Part shown: piece after piece, positions 1-12,532 of the stretch
Layout of the letters: every line of letters starts with the position of its first letter
Numbering within the stretch: the first letter of the stretch is position 1
NCBI RefSeq assembly: GCF_024521635.1
Contig: NW_026250412.1
Span: forward strand, 992,001-1,056,000
Origin: Tricharina praecox
Lineage: Eukaryota
Direction: 5' to 3'
Length of the DNA: 64,000 nucleotides
Notes under the pieces: generated by a model
Told to the model about the DNA's origin: nothing
Database searches by the model: none
Seen by the model: the letters and a program-made list of their open reading frames with translations, nothing else
Translations under genes and position numbers: made by a program

Positions 1-523
1 AATATAATCCTCATCTTCCTCCTCATCTGCATCATCCTCCGCATCATCCTCCAGCAGTCTCAGTGTCGAGGCCCTCAATTCCATCCCCAATCTCCTCCTC
101 TTCCCGCTCGGAACCAACATCGGTTGCGTCAACAGCAGCCTATTATTTTGCGCCCCCAGCAGCTTCAACTCCTGTAGTGCCAGTGGCCGAACCCTATCCA
201 CCATCAGCACTTCCCCCTCAACCCTCCACTCTTCCCGGAAGAACTCACGTAATCTCATCACCATCTTGAAACACCGCAAAGACTTTCATGAAATGGAAGA
301 CGATGCACCCATCCTTCTCGACGCGGTAGTCCTCGAGCGCATGGGTTTCGGTTTCGAGCAAGACGCCACTGTTGATGCTGCGTAGTAGGTCCGACACCGC
401 GTAGTAGGGTCCTGCGTCCGGCGGTGGTGACCACAGGATCTTGAGGAGCGGGAGGTTGGGGCGGCGGAGGTGCACGCGGAGGCAGAGGTTGAGCATTGAG
501 CCGGTGGTGGGGGTGAGCGACAT
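1..523 (-). CDS. 5' part of a spliced gene with a fungal coilin-like/ubiquitin-like N-terminal domain followed by an acidic tract; runs off the window
   Basis: Exon 523-249 (LRVHLRRPNLPLLKILW...LEDYRVEKDGCIVFHF...DGDEI); donor GTGAGT at 248, probable acceptor TAG at 140; next exon reads into EDDAEDDADEEEDEDYI. Family assignment is from recalled motif similarity. Confidence 0.55.
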
Positions 524-1167
524 CGCGAGATGTCCGTGTGTTGTGCTTTCGCCAAGCGTGGTGGTGGTCGTGTCTGCGTGGTGAAGGTTTGGAGATATGG
601 GGACTCGAGCGTCGCGCTGGTGGGACTGGGTTTTGGGGGTTTCTAGTTCTCGCTACAGGTGTCAAGGGTCAAGTAGGCTAGTGGGATTAGCGTACCACGT
701 GACTCGATGGGCGCTAACTGGGCTCTTCATGCAGACCGATCACTCGCGCTTGGTTTCGTCTGTGACAGATATCCAAGCGACAGCGTTGAACTTACAGACC
801 CTCGGACGGCGGTAAGTGAACCGCCGCCACCGAGCTGGCTACTCAGAAGGCAGACACGCTACTCGGCGTACGGGTGTCATGCTCATGCTACAGATCGGTC
901 GAATGCACGATGATGAAACAAGCGAAGCGTTTAGGCTGATAACGCTCGGGGCTGTGGCGTCTACACATATCATTAGGCCGTTTCTTCGGTGGAGACGGAG
1001 ATGCCGGGCATCCATGGAACGTACTCCAGAGACGCAACCGAAGGTGGGGTAGGAGTCAAGGTGGAATGGAGAGCGGAATGTAAGCTCATACCGGTCGTTA
1101 ATATGATACATCCTACCTAGATAGCTTGCGCGTGTGGTGTCCTGGTGGTGGGCAGACGAAGTACCTA

Positions 1168-1333
1168 CTGTATAGTGAGGGGGGGGGGGTAAAAAATACG
1201 CTTTTTGGCGTCTCGGGACGGTTAAATAGCGTATAAATACGGTCAAAATACGTATTTTCACCGTATCGATACGCTTTTTTCCGTATCGGCATGGTCACAA
1301 AGCGTATTTTTTACCCTCCCCTTCACTATACAG
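1168..1333. mobile_element. MITE with TA target duplication (Tc1/mariner-like), copy 1, 166 bp
   Basis: ~35-bp TIRs CTGTATAGTGA(A)GGGGG...TAAAAAATACGCT; TA at 1166-1167 and 1334-1335; two more copies in the window. Confidence 0.85.
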
Positions 1334-1576
1334 TACTCAATGAAGCTCCATCGAGTTATGAAATTCCACAACAGCCATGAGGGGTCTATCACTGTATTTT
1401 GTGCGCAGGTCTACGGTGTCGAACACAGCTCTCAAGCATCTAGAGCGAACAAGATATGAAGAGAGAAACACTCTTAGTTGACCGGATAGAGCATGCTGTA
1501 AACCCATGCCTCAGATGATTCTCATCCTGTAGGTGTATCCATACTCCAGAATCCCGTCATTTCATTCTCCCTCCCC

Positions 1577-1918
1577 TCATCCGCCCACAATGATGCCCTT
1601 CCCCCTTGCAGACCCCTTCCTCCTCAGGCTGATCTTCCTTGCAAACCCCTCCTTCTTATCGTCCTCGACAATCTCAAAGATGTCCCGTCCCGTCTTCTTA
1701 CCGCGAGAAATGTCGACCCCGTTCCAGCACTCGCCCCAGCCGCGGTGGACCTCGAAAATAAAGCAACCGGACATCCCCAACAATACCGCGCCGCCAATGC
1801 AGCCCCACAGTAGATCACCCTCGAAGGTGCGGGTAACCCCGGATGTTACCCCGACGACGAGAATTAGAAGGATGACGGCTGGAATTGCTGAACGTTTGCT
1901 GGCAAGTGAGAATAGCAT
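1577..1918 (-). CDS. hypothetical small membrane protein
   Basis: ATG at 1918 (MLFSLASKRSAIPAVILLILVVG...LLWGCIGGAVLLGMSGCFIF), two hydrophobic stretches; no recognised family; 3' end uncertain. Confidence 0.35.
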   Translation of the reverse strand: MLFSLASKRSAIPAVILLILVVGVTSGVTRTFEGDLLWGCIGGAVLLGMSGCFIFEVHRGWGECWNGVDISRGKKTGRDIFEIVEDDKKEGFARKISLRRKGSARGKGIIVGG

Positions 1919-2375
1919 TGTGCTGTGCTGTGTTGTGGTGAAGGTACGCTGTGCGGCTGTGGTGATGGTTGTAAGATGGCGATGGTTGTGTGACGGTTGT
2001 GGTGGTTGTGTGGTGGTTCCGATGATGAGAAGTGCAAGTTGTTTGGAAGTACGAATCTTGCTACAAATTTTGGCCGGCAATCCTTCATTCAATTGTTTTT
2101 CACATCACACGCCAAACTCGCAGTGCCAAGGCCCATCTTTCAAAGAAAACCCATCCATACGCATTTCAACATCACATCACAGTGGGGAGCATAAAATCTC
2201 CCTCTGCAGCACAGACCATCGTATCCTCCTAGCATCCACCATCACCAACCCTAAATCAACGCAAAAGCACAAATGAAGAGCAAGAACACCAGTTCGCCAC
2301 GCAGACCTAAGCTAGAAAGGACAAAAACTCAGTATTAAAATCAAGGTTAACACAATATCCGTTTATGCACAGAAT

Positions 2376-5205
2376 TTAGGACAAGGTAGCAACAGCAGTA
2401 TCAACAGCGGGAACTTCAGTCGAAGGAGTAGGCTCCGGTGGGGGTTCCGAGACCGACGATGGCGCAGCTAAATTAGCCGGCTGAGTAGCTGGAGGTGGAG
2501 AAGACATTTGAACCGTCATGTTCTCAAAAACGCTCGTATTTTCTGCGGCATCCTCGGTTACCGGGTCCCCGGGAAATATAGGTATTGGCAAGCCCTGCGC
2601 AACTGCGGCCGCGATTTGAGCTTGCTTCTGGGCGTTGGTCTTCCATTTGATTCCGCAGGCGTTGCAGACGGTGACATTCTCCCCCTCGATATCAGCCTTC
2701 CGCCATAGTGACGTTTTGGAGGTCTGACAAATGTGGCAGTTTTTGGTTGGGTCTGCGATCCGTCCTTTTCGTGATCGGGGAGGCTTGGGTAGTCGGGGAA
2801 GTCTAGGTGGCGCGGACGGGAGTAAAGGCGGTGGAGGTGAAGAGCCTGTTGGTGTAGCAAAGGAGATAGGAGCGGTAGAAATAGGAATAGATGGAGAATC
2901 AATAATTGTAGCAGGAGGGATATTTGTGGTTGTAGGAATCGCAGAAGTAGTAGTGGCAGTGCTGCTAGAGATGCTAGGGGATTTTTGGATGTGCTACAGA
3001 CACCCTTAGTATTCGATGCATCTTGACAATGCATAAAGGAGCGACAGTGATTGAGGATATTGCGGTGTTTTACATTATTTGTTTTCCTTCGAAGCGAGAG
3101 AAGTACGAACCTTCTTGACGTGCTTCACCCTCGGCCCAGACCGTGGCTGCGTAACGTTGCCGGCACTCTTGGGTTCTCGCATGGGTGTGTTTGGATCTCT
3201 CGGTTCCCTTGGTTCCCTTGGTGCTCTTGGCTCCCTGATCCGAGGCGGTTGTTCGAACCGAGCCTCGATATATGTCTTATCTGGCACCGCCTCTCCAGCT
3301 TCTCTCCGCAGACGATATGCCAGAAACGTGTCATTAACACGCTTCTTAGTCTCCATGATCTTCTTCATGTGCGTCCTCGTCGTCTCCGGATCTGCGACGA
3401 TCATCTTCAGATGCTCCAGAACCCTCGGATAAGCCGACTCCAACGATATGGTAACCGGTACGTAGTACTCTTCATCGAGGCCGGGTGGTTTCTTGGTGAC
3501 GATGAAGGATGCTTTAACAGTTGTGCCCCGACCAAGGTATTCCAGAATCGTAAATTTCGGGAACATAAAGCGGTCACCCTGGCTGTAAGAGTCGATGAAC
3601 TCAAAGACAATACCATACATCTCTTGTTTTGGGGCCTGTGGGAACGCTTTTTTGGACGGCGGACCAGGCCGCTGTTGCACTGGCTGGGGTGGGGAGAATT
3701 GTCGTGCCGGCTGTTGCATCCGAGGCGGCTGTGCTGGCGGTGCATGTTGGTATATTGGTGGAGGAGGGTGCATGTGATGCATCTGCATAGGCATCGGTTG
3801 CTGAGGCTGTCCTTGTTGAGGTAATTTTTGCCGTGGTGGCTGTTGAGGCATTTGATGAGGCGGAGCAGGAGGGCCTGGGCGCGGCTGAGGTGGAGGCTGA
3901 GAATTCTTGTTGCTGGTAGCCGTAAGCATATCGATGTAGCCCTGGAATTCTTGTAGCTGTTCTCTAGATGCTTTTCCGGAGGCGACAATTCGCATCAGCT
4001 CCTTCAATTGCACATCCGTGGCGGCTTTCATGGCAAGGAGCTGGATGACTGGATCCGGCCGAGTAGCAACTTGGAGTTGTGGTTGCTGCATAGTTGGTCC
4101 CTGTTGCATGCCCGGTGGCGGATGCTGCTGAGGAGTATGAGGAGGACGAGGATCCGTAGGAGGGGCATTTTGGACAAGCGGTGCCGGTGGACGTGGCCTA
4201 TTGCTCGGTGTAGTGGTTTGTGCAGCTTGTGGCGCTGGACGCGTAGGCGGGCCAGCCGCGGGTGGACCGTGGTTGGGTTGAGACGTCAAGGGCGGTTGGT
4301 GGAGCATCTGTTGTGGAGAAGCTGAGACCGGCTGTAGCCTGGTCAAAACTGGAGCCGGTATAGGAGCACTAGGCGTAACAGGTGATCGTTGCTGCAGGGA
4401 CGCTGATTGTTGCTGTACAGGTGCCGGTTGTCGAGTCTGGGCGGGAGCTGGCGCGGGAGCCGTCACGGGAACTGCCAGAATTGGCTGTTGAGCCTGCATC
4501 ATCGGCGCCGTAGGAGCCATATTATGCATCGGCGCTGGAGGAGCGACGTTTAGCTGAACGTGTGGCGCACTTCGCAGTGTAGTTGCGGGCTGAGAAGCTT
4601 GTTGTACAGTCGGACCCGACGCTGGTGGTTGTAGTTGTACTGTTGGCTGCAGTGGAGTTGGAGGCGGAGGCGGCGGTGGAGGTGGAGGCGGCGGTGGAAC
4701 ATCTTTCACTGGCCGTAGAACCTGGTAGAGCCGGACATCGAACTTATGCGGCGTAATGTGCATCGTCGCATTGCCCAGCTTCACCATGCAGTCTCTTCCG
4801 GGGTTCTTTTCGAGGATCGCCGGATCGAGTTTTCGCGACTTCAACGGCTTGGTCCAGAACTTCTCGAATATCTCCCCATCGACCCACTCTCGCCGGGAGC
4901 GATTAAGCGATTCTGCAAGTACCTTACTGCGAGACAAAAACATCGATCAGCTATGAGCTTGGAGGGTGAGCAATCATGGCATGGTTCACGAACCTTTCTG
5001 CGACAGACTTGTACTCCTTCAGCGCAAGGTTTGCCGGCTGACATACCGGAAGAACCGGTAGAGCTCCATCTCGAGTGAACGACGTGGGAAACTCAGGCTC
5101 AACCGGAATCGGAGGAGTTGGTTGTGGCGCTGGAGTGATGCTCTGTCGTTTGGCGGTGGAGGGGCGGGCATGCGCGGTGGAGGGGCGTTTCCGTTTCTCC
5201 CCCAT
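2376..5205 (-). CDS. swc3: SWR1-complex subunit Swc3-like protein (3 exons)
   Basis: Exons 5205-4994, 4926-3111, 2993-2376 with GTTCGT donors and CAG/TAG acceptors, frame consistent. Motifs EYKSVAESKVLAESLNRSR..W..GEIFEKFWTKP, DPVIQLLA.KAATD.QLKELMRIVASG.A and IVFEF...GDRF.FPK; P/Q-rich centre. Confidence 0.7.
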
Positions 5206-6777
5206 ATCGCGCTATTTTCGGGCGGCAGAGCCTTCTTCGGAATTGGTGACTGACGAAAGAACAGGCGATTGGGTGATAGGATGCGAGTGAGTTTGGGGGC
5301 GACGTGGATGTTGCTGATGGTAGAGAACAAGTGGGTCTGAGTGTACGCGCTTGGACGTGAAATGTCGGGATGACATGAGCCTCAACGCTGGCCCGTCCGC
5401 AACCGGCTAGATTGCCAAAAGACCCATTGCTTACTAACGTTCACAGAGATCACTCGTCACTCCACTCATGTCGCCGGGATAAATTTTGTTATGTAACTGT
5501 TTAATGTGGGTAAACAGCGGCAAATTCGCTATTGAGATCTCGCGTTGGACACCTCCGACGAATCAGGGCGGTACTGAAATGACCTTCGGGCAATTACCTC
5601 AGTGAAATAACTATGAGCGGCGAGTACTTTCAAGGGCTTGAGGTACGCACTACGTGTGGCCTGTACCAATGGCAGAACTAGGCTGCGCAATCGCCTGGAG
5701 TTCATCTACTCATACCTATCACTCGGTTGACGAATAACAGTGCATTCATGGATGTACTAAAATGTAACTTCAAGTCATACCGTGGTGGTTACCAACGGCG
5801 AAAACAGAACCTTCACTATCTTCGATGGGTGCCATATAAGATCGCTCTAAGAAGTGAATATCAACCGTGGATGGTGATAGAATCATGGACCTAAACTCAT
5901 TGCCGTCCCCAAGCTCAACAAGCACCCGACCTGGAAATTGTGTTTCCTGACGGCATTGAGGACTGCCTTGTCCATGGAGCCACCATTATTTTCGGAGGGC
6001 CGCTGGGGCTGTGGTGAGACTTCCCAGGGAGCTTCTAGATCGTGGCAGATTAGAAAAACCGAAACGGACCTTAGAATCGGAGTTTTAACGGCTGATTCCG
6101 GAGTAAGTAAGGCCGAACTATTGATAGAGGCTTCACAGATCAGACGCGCTTTTATTACGAAAAGAGTCCTGCTACTCGGGAAAGGGCCATATCGCTACCC
6201 ATCACACATTTATCCTCTACTTTTTTTAATAGATTGTTCGTGCTCGGGTGAGCCGGGGGGGCTAAGCGTAGAGGCGAGGACACAGTGATGGCGGAGGCTA
6301 GAGGCTCGAGTCCAGTGAGGATGTGACTGCCGGCTGACTCGACTGCCCTGAGAGCGGAACCACCAGTGGACGTCAGGTATTCAGGATCTTTAGACTACAT
6401 TACAAAGTAGTCTGCACTGGAGGTTTCTCCGTGACATCCAATGTTCTTTCCCGCAACGTCATGAAGAGTACGGCTGGCGCTCTCGAAGTGCTTGGAGACA
6501 CCTTCTAGCAGCTTTTACTGCTGCATATTCATGTGTACATAGTCTCAGCACTGCTGATACCGAAGAGAGAGAGGCCTCAAATCCATTGACATCCATGTTG
6601 GGGAAGTAGGTAGCCTCCGATGGTGTTCACGCTGCCGGGGCGTCTACCATTCTCATTGTAAAAAGCGCCGGCATTGGGGTAGTCGTCGGGTCTTGTCTTG
6701 TGGAGGCGGGGCCGTTGGACCCGCTGGCAAGTAGCAGAGCGGAGGGGGTTTATGACGGTTGACACAAATCTTCACTC

Positions 6778-6899
6778 ACGGAAAAACCCCCCCGCGTAGC
6801 CTTGTCGGCTAGGCCACCGCCTCGGCGCTGAAAGCTCGTCGTTGAACTCCTGGGGAAGAGGGGTTTCCAAGCCACCCACCGGGGGTGGTGAAGGTTTTT
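6778..6899 (+). ncRNA. Family A putative Pol III structured RNA, copy A1
   Basis: ACGGAAAAACCCC...TAGCCTTGTCGG (A-box-like)...GTTGAACTCC (degenerate B-box)...GGGGTTTCCAAGCCACCCACCGGGGGTGGTGAAGGTTTTT; shared flanks extend ~6720-7005. Confidence 0.55.
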
Positions 6900-7297
6900 G
6901 TTCTTTTGCCGCTCCAGTTTTGCTCGCAGCCTGCATCTGATGTCACTCGGACGACGAGTGATTGTACATGCAGCAATCTTCCGAGTCGAGTCACGGTGAC
7001 GACAATGGGGTTTGCCTTCTTTGTTTACTATCACTTTATCTGTCTGGGCTATAGCTGGTGTATCTTCGATAAGGCAATGATGACGAAAATTGAGGCGTCT
7101 CGGCTGTGGCGTTGTGGATCTCGATCACTGCGCGCAGATGGCCCAGACTAGTAATTTCACGGTGAAGCTAACTGCCTGTCTGCAATGAAATAGTGGGCCG
7201 ACTCAAAGTCATCTCACTAGCAGAGCTATTTATTGTGGTAGACGTACATTCATTATCTCTTTGGCGGGCATTACAGACTCCCATCCCGATATCCTAG

Positions 7298-8467
7298 CTA
7301 ATACACCGTCGAGAACTCATACCTCGCATTAAATGTCAATAGACCATCCTCAGGCCCCCAGATCTGCTTTCTCCCCCACTCCGGGTTATTAATACCATCG
7401 ATCCAGTCCTCGGCCTCCATGACCACGCATCCGCCCTCCTGGATCACCGCCGGCCGTCCAGACAAACCCTGCGTACTCTTCCCAATGGGTTTCGTTCCAT
7501 TGGACGCCGCACAGCTGTAGATTTGGAACGCGGCCTGGTCGGTAAACACCTTGACCTCGACGCCGCTCCAAGGGCTGTTCAACCGCGCCACATATTGGTT
7601 CTCCTTGTCGTGGGGACCCACGAGGAACGCGTTATCGTAGAACGAACAGCCAGCGCCACAGTCGGGCCCCCGCTCGGTATCGTTGAGGTGCTTTCCAATC
7701 GCCTTCGGCTGCGACCAGAAGTCCGTGACGCTGCCGTTTTTGTTCGGTAGCAGCTCGCCAGTCGGGATCAGATTGTCGTCGACACCGATCCGCATGCCCG
7801 AGAACGGCAGGTGCAGCTCGTGATCGTACACTTTCTCCGAATCCGGATTGGCAAAGCCGTCGAGGTTCCAGTAGACGTGGCTGGTCAGCAGCAACGGCGT
7901 CTTCTTCGTCAGCGACAGGGCGGTGAGCGTGATGTGCCAGGTGTACGGCGTGAGCGTGTAGGTGCTCGTCGCCAGGACATCCCCGGGGAAGCCCATCTCC
8001 CCGTCGGCATCGAACAGCGAGAAGGTGATGCTCGAGTCCGTCAGCGCGGTGACCGTCCAGTTCCGATAATCCCATCCGTTGCTGCCGCCGTGCAGGGTGT
8101 TGGTCCCGTTGTGCTCGTTCGCGTCGACTTTGTACTCGACGCCGTCGATGGTGAACGACGCATTGGCGATGCGGTTGCCATACCGGCCCGGTACGCTGCC
8201 GTAGTGGTCGTGCCATGGGTCTTCGGTGTAGAACGTTGCGTTTTCCCAGCCTAAGACGACGTCCCGTGTGCTGTTGTGCTTATCCGCAACGAAGAGATTC
8301 GAGATCGCTGCGCCGTAGGGGACGAACGACGCGACAATGCCGGTGCTGCGGAGAGTGTATTTGCCGTTCGCATCGGGGGGAGGGATCGTTGAGTTCCATG
8401 GCAGCACCGCGGCGGAGGCGGTGGTGGCCAGGAGGATTGGAATTGAGGTCTTTGAGAAACGCATCAT
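7298..8467 (-). CDS. secreted aldose 1-epimerase (galactose mutarotase family)
   Basis: Intronless ORF, N-terminal signal peptide, motifs GRYGNRIA, LHGG, GFPGD, TSHVYWNL, DNAF, TDQ.A.QIY. Confidence 0.92.
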   Translation of the reverse strand: MMRFSKTSIPILLATTASAAVLPWNSTIPPPDANGKYTLRSTGIVASFVPYGAAISNLFVADKHNSTRDVVLGWENATFYTEDPWHDHYGSVPGRYGNRIANASFTIDGVEYKVDANEHNGTNTLHGGSNGWDYRNWTVTALTDSSITFSLFDADGEMGFPGDVLATSTYTLTPYTWHITLTALSLTKKTPLLLTSHVYWNLDGFANPDSEKVYDHELHLPFSGMRIGVDDNLIPTGELLPNKNGSVTDFWSQPKAIGKHLNDTERGPDCGAGCSFYDNAFLVGPHDKENQYVARLNSPWSGVEVKVFTDQAAFQIYSCAASNGTKPIGKSTQGLSGRPAVIQEGGCVVMEAEDWIDGINNPEWGRKQIWGPEDGLLTFNARYEFSTVY

Positions 8468-10193
8468 GTCGATATCGATCAATACAGTTTCGTATTGTGT
8501 AGATGGGGAAGCGGATACTTATCATTCCATATCTGCCGTCAATCCCGGATTCCCACATCCCGGATTCCCGTTTGAATCGTACCTTGTTCCTGGAAACCCC
8601 TCGCTATGAATTCCTCCGGCGGCTATGGGCGGAGAAATCCAGCGGGAGTGATGAGGAAGCTGTCTCGATTGACGTCGCTGCCGGCAAAATCCAACGGCTG
8701 TGCGCAAAAGAGCAAGCTTTGTGGCTTGCATGCGGTGGAAGATCGTTGAGAATGCAGGGGCCAACCCCGCGTTGTTATGCCTAAAGAACTCGACATGAGC
8801 CGGGGAAACGTGCGATCTGCACAACAATCATCCGACCCGGTGTATGGGGTATTAGCCGGCTTAGCGACCGCGAGAGTAAAGAAAACAACCGTGCATAGCA
8901 GATAACTTCCCCCTCCTATATCACGCCTCCGACTCGCCTCACCCCCATTCACCCAACCGACTGTGGGTGATACAAAACCTCGCGCTGTTGGGACTTATAT
9001 GGAGGCAAAGCAGATACGCAAGGCCTTCCTTGACACGCGTATGATAACTTCGATAATCAGGCTGGCAATATTCCGGGGACCGGGAATCCCCCACCGCGAT
9101 AGTAGAGGTTGGTAGAATCCTTCCTCTTTTATACGGAGTCTCCTCTCGACACGGTTCATGTAGCCCAGCTACCTAGCTTTTTGCCGGCGAAGAAGCCAGC
9201 ACGACACGCGTCGATAGAGTGGGGCATTACCCGTGTGAGATGACAAAACCAGGAATCGATTATCGCCCAGGCACCCACCCCGCATGGCGCTCCTGAAATT
9301 CATCACATCAATCTAAAAGGGAGCATTGCTGCCGCCAGCTCACGAACGCGGAAAGACTTCCTGTGCCATGGTCGATATGTGTGGAAACCGGGTATGGTTT
9401 GAAAAGGATTCCATGGATATGATATATTTTGGGGTTGGTGGTAGACGACATGAGAAAGGCGGTATTCCTCTCGGTAACTTTTGAGGATGCGCGACACTTT
9501 TGGCTGAAGTTTCTCGGTGAGGGAAGGGAAGTAAAGCAGGAAGCTGTTATCGTCAGCTCGGGAAGATTCTGGCTGTCACAATTGAGATTGTGGATGACAG
9601 GACGTGGTCTAGGACGATGCATGATGCGTGGGAGCTGTGACGGGAAAGTGAGATCCAGGCGGTATTTATCCATTTTTCATCACCAGTGGTGCGCCAACTG
9701 CTGCTGTTACGCTTCGCTAAGCAGCGGAGATACAGGAGCTCGGAGAGCTCAGAGTTATGCTGAGAAGAAAAATATTTCGTCATAGATTTGATTAATGGAT
9801 TTGCAGCGCGAATCGCATCGTGACCCGTTAAGTGCATAGAAAGTTTACATGGATTAGTTTGCTATTGTTTCATCATTGATTGCATGCGACATATCTAGAT
9901 TACGGCAATCTGTGTCCGCTCCCGGGATTGAGGTAGATATTCCGCATACAACCTTTCCAGACTACTCCCTCAATCGCTGATTTTTTTGTTTACTCAGTAA
10001 TTGCCTGCAATCGATGATGATCATGGCAATACATGTGCGCATTCCAGTTCCACGGCACTGTCCAACCCAACTTTCATCAAGCGGCTGTATCGTCACCGTG
10101 ACTTGACTCGCAAGATTAGTGCATGTCCGATCACTCGTATTCCGAGTGACATCGCATGCCGGCTGCTGGCAAAATTATTGCGGCAAAAAAATC

Positions 10194-10318
10194 AAAAACC
10201 TTCACCACCACCGGTGGGTGGCTTGGAAACACCCTCTTCTCCAGGGAGTCGAACGACGTGACTTCAGAGTCGAGGCGGTGGCCTAGCCGACAAGGCCACG
10301 CGGGGGGTTTTTTTCCGT
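10194..10318 (-). ncRNA. Family A, copy A2
   Basis: Reverse complement of the A consensus incl. B-box GTTCGACTCC; compensated CGAC/GTCG stem; TTATAA upstream at ~10341. Confidence 0.55.
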
Positions 10319-11391
10319 GAGTGAAGATTTGTGTCAACCCTTATAAACCCCTCTCCACCCCTCTCCCCGGCTCTATTACCAGCTGGGCTCAACGGCTCCG
10401 CCCCTCACCCAGTGATCTCCCTTCTACATACGTCACTCCTCTTTGATCGCAATGATGAAGAGTCGCAGCACCAAGAGTAACAGGTCTGCTAGTACTAACA
10501 TGCATACACCACCGTCAACACGGGACGTCGTGAGATAGCTACAAATGCATATAGGATTTGGACTACCATATTGCCGAGGATAGGTATTTTATGGCGATGG
10601 TCTGCCAGCGCTTCCAGGAAGCAGTATTTCTTTGAGGTGACTTCGGCGACGCACAGCTAAAGGCATAAACGCTGAGAAGCAACCAGCCCACATCTTATGC
10701 AGGGAAAACTCCTTGAAAACTCCTTGATGATGTCAGCGGAATACAAGGCAATACACTGCACCCAGTCCAAAAAAGCTCTTTTTTGAATTCGGTACCTAGC
10801 GTACTGGTGTTGACGAGTACTACAGTGTGCTGTCCTTACGACTACTGTGGGCTGTAGGCTATAAGTGCACTCACTACTCTACTGGTATGCCACGAAGTTC
10901 ATGCTCCTATTACTACCGGAGCTTGATGATGAGAGCCGGTTTTAATTAATCCCATGCACTTTGCTAAAACAAATGGTTTTTTTCTTCTTTCATCAATCGC
11001 GCGTAGCCTAACCTAAACTGTGGTGATGTACCCACATACAGGTCCAGTTTTTGTGTCTACGCTCGGTGAGGGAAAGGACTCCTGATTCATTGTGTTGCCC
11101 CCTCCCTTAGTTATTTCACCGGTAAGTAATTCTTCCGACCGTAGCATTCGTTGGAGAAAGAGAGAGAGATCTTTCTGCTTTATTTCGCATGCAGCCTATC
11201 TAGACTATGGCTAACCGTCGCACTGCTTTTCTGCCCACTCTGACTGGCCGGGGGTTAGGACCTCGTTACTAGCCAGCACGATGTGGCGCCGGTAGCATTC
11301 GTTAGGGGCGCTTACTGCATGTCCAATCACTCGCCGTCCGTGTAACAATGCATGTATGCCACCTGCAAAACCAATATTGCGACAAAAAATC

Positions 11392-11513
11392 AAAAACCTT
11401 CACCACCCCCGGTGGGTGGCTTGGAAACCCCTCATCCCCAGGGAGTCGAACGGCGAATTTTCAGCGCCGAGGCGGTGGACTAGCCGACAACGCCACGCGG
11501 GGGTTTTATCCGT
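11392..11513 (-). ncRNA. Family A, copy A3
   Basis: Near-consensus copy on the minus strand. Confidence 0.55.
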
Positions 11514-12437
11514 GAGTGAAGATTGGCGTCAAACCTCATAAACCCCTCCCGCTCTGCTACCAGCACGTGGACGGCTCCGTCCCCTACCCGGTGTTCTCCC
11601 CAAAGAGTAACAGCTATGCGGGCACCAACGCACACCATCGTTAACACAGGATATCCATTATGAGATAGCTTCAATTACAGGATATGGACTATTTCCTATA
11701 ATATCTTACAGCGATGGTCTACCAACGCTTCAAAGCCGGATTTTTGGAGGTAAGTTCAGCGGCGTTACGCGTACAGCTGAAGGGATAAACCTTCAGAGCC
11801 AGTCTACCCACTGTGTATGAAAGGAAAACTTCTTGATGAATGTCAGCGGATTACCAGGCAATACACTGCACCCAGTGCAAAAAGCCCGTTTTGGACTCGG
11901 TGGCGTACTGGTTTTGCCAGGGCTCGTTCGCCAATGCCTCTCCAGGATGGAAAGCGGCAAATGGAGAGATAGGGAACACACAAGGAGAAAGAGAAGAGAG
12001 TGGTTGATCGTCTATTCTGTAGATGTCATCGCCCCGCTACAGCGGTACTACTGTGGGCTGTAGGCTTTAGGTGCGCTCCGTACAGGCCTGTCAATACGTT
12101 CGTTACTCTTATTACTACCGAAGCGTGATGGGCATAGTCAATTTCACTTCATCCGAAGCATTGCTGAAACATATCCTTTTTTCTTCCTTCATCAATGCCG
12201 CACAGCCTATCTAAACTGTAGCGATGTATGTACACATACTAGTCCAATTTTCTTGTTTGCACCCGGTGAGAAATAAGGAATCATTACGGAGACCCCCCTG
12301 CCTAAGGTATATCACCGGTAGGTAATCCTTCCGATCGCAGCACCCCCTGTGGCGCCATATGACAATCAAATTATCGCACTCGACTACCGAGTGACATCAC
12401 ATGTATGCCATGCGCAAAACTAGAGCGGCAAAAGAAC

Positions 12438-12532
12438 AAAAACCTTCACCACCCCCGGTGGGGGGCTTGGAAACCCCTCTTCCCCAGGGGAGGCGGTGGC
12501 CTAGCTGACAAGGCGACGCGGGGTTTTTTCGT
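12438..12532 (-). ncRNA. Family A, copy A4 (internal deletion removing B-box; probable pseudo-copy)
   Basis: CCCCAGGG joins directly to GAGGCGGTGGCC; ~25 nt missing relative to A3. Confidence 0.4.

Noticed and set aside
1533-2276. 247-aa plus-strand ORF
   Set aside because: Non-ATG start, no protein-like composition, overlaps a more plausible minus-strand ORF.
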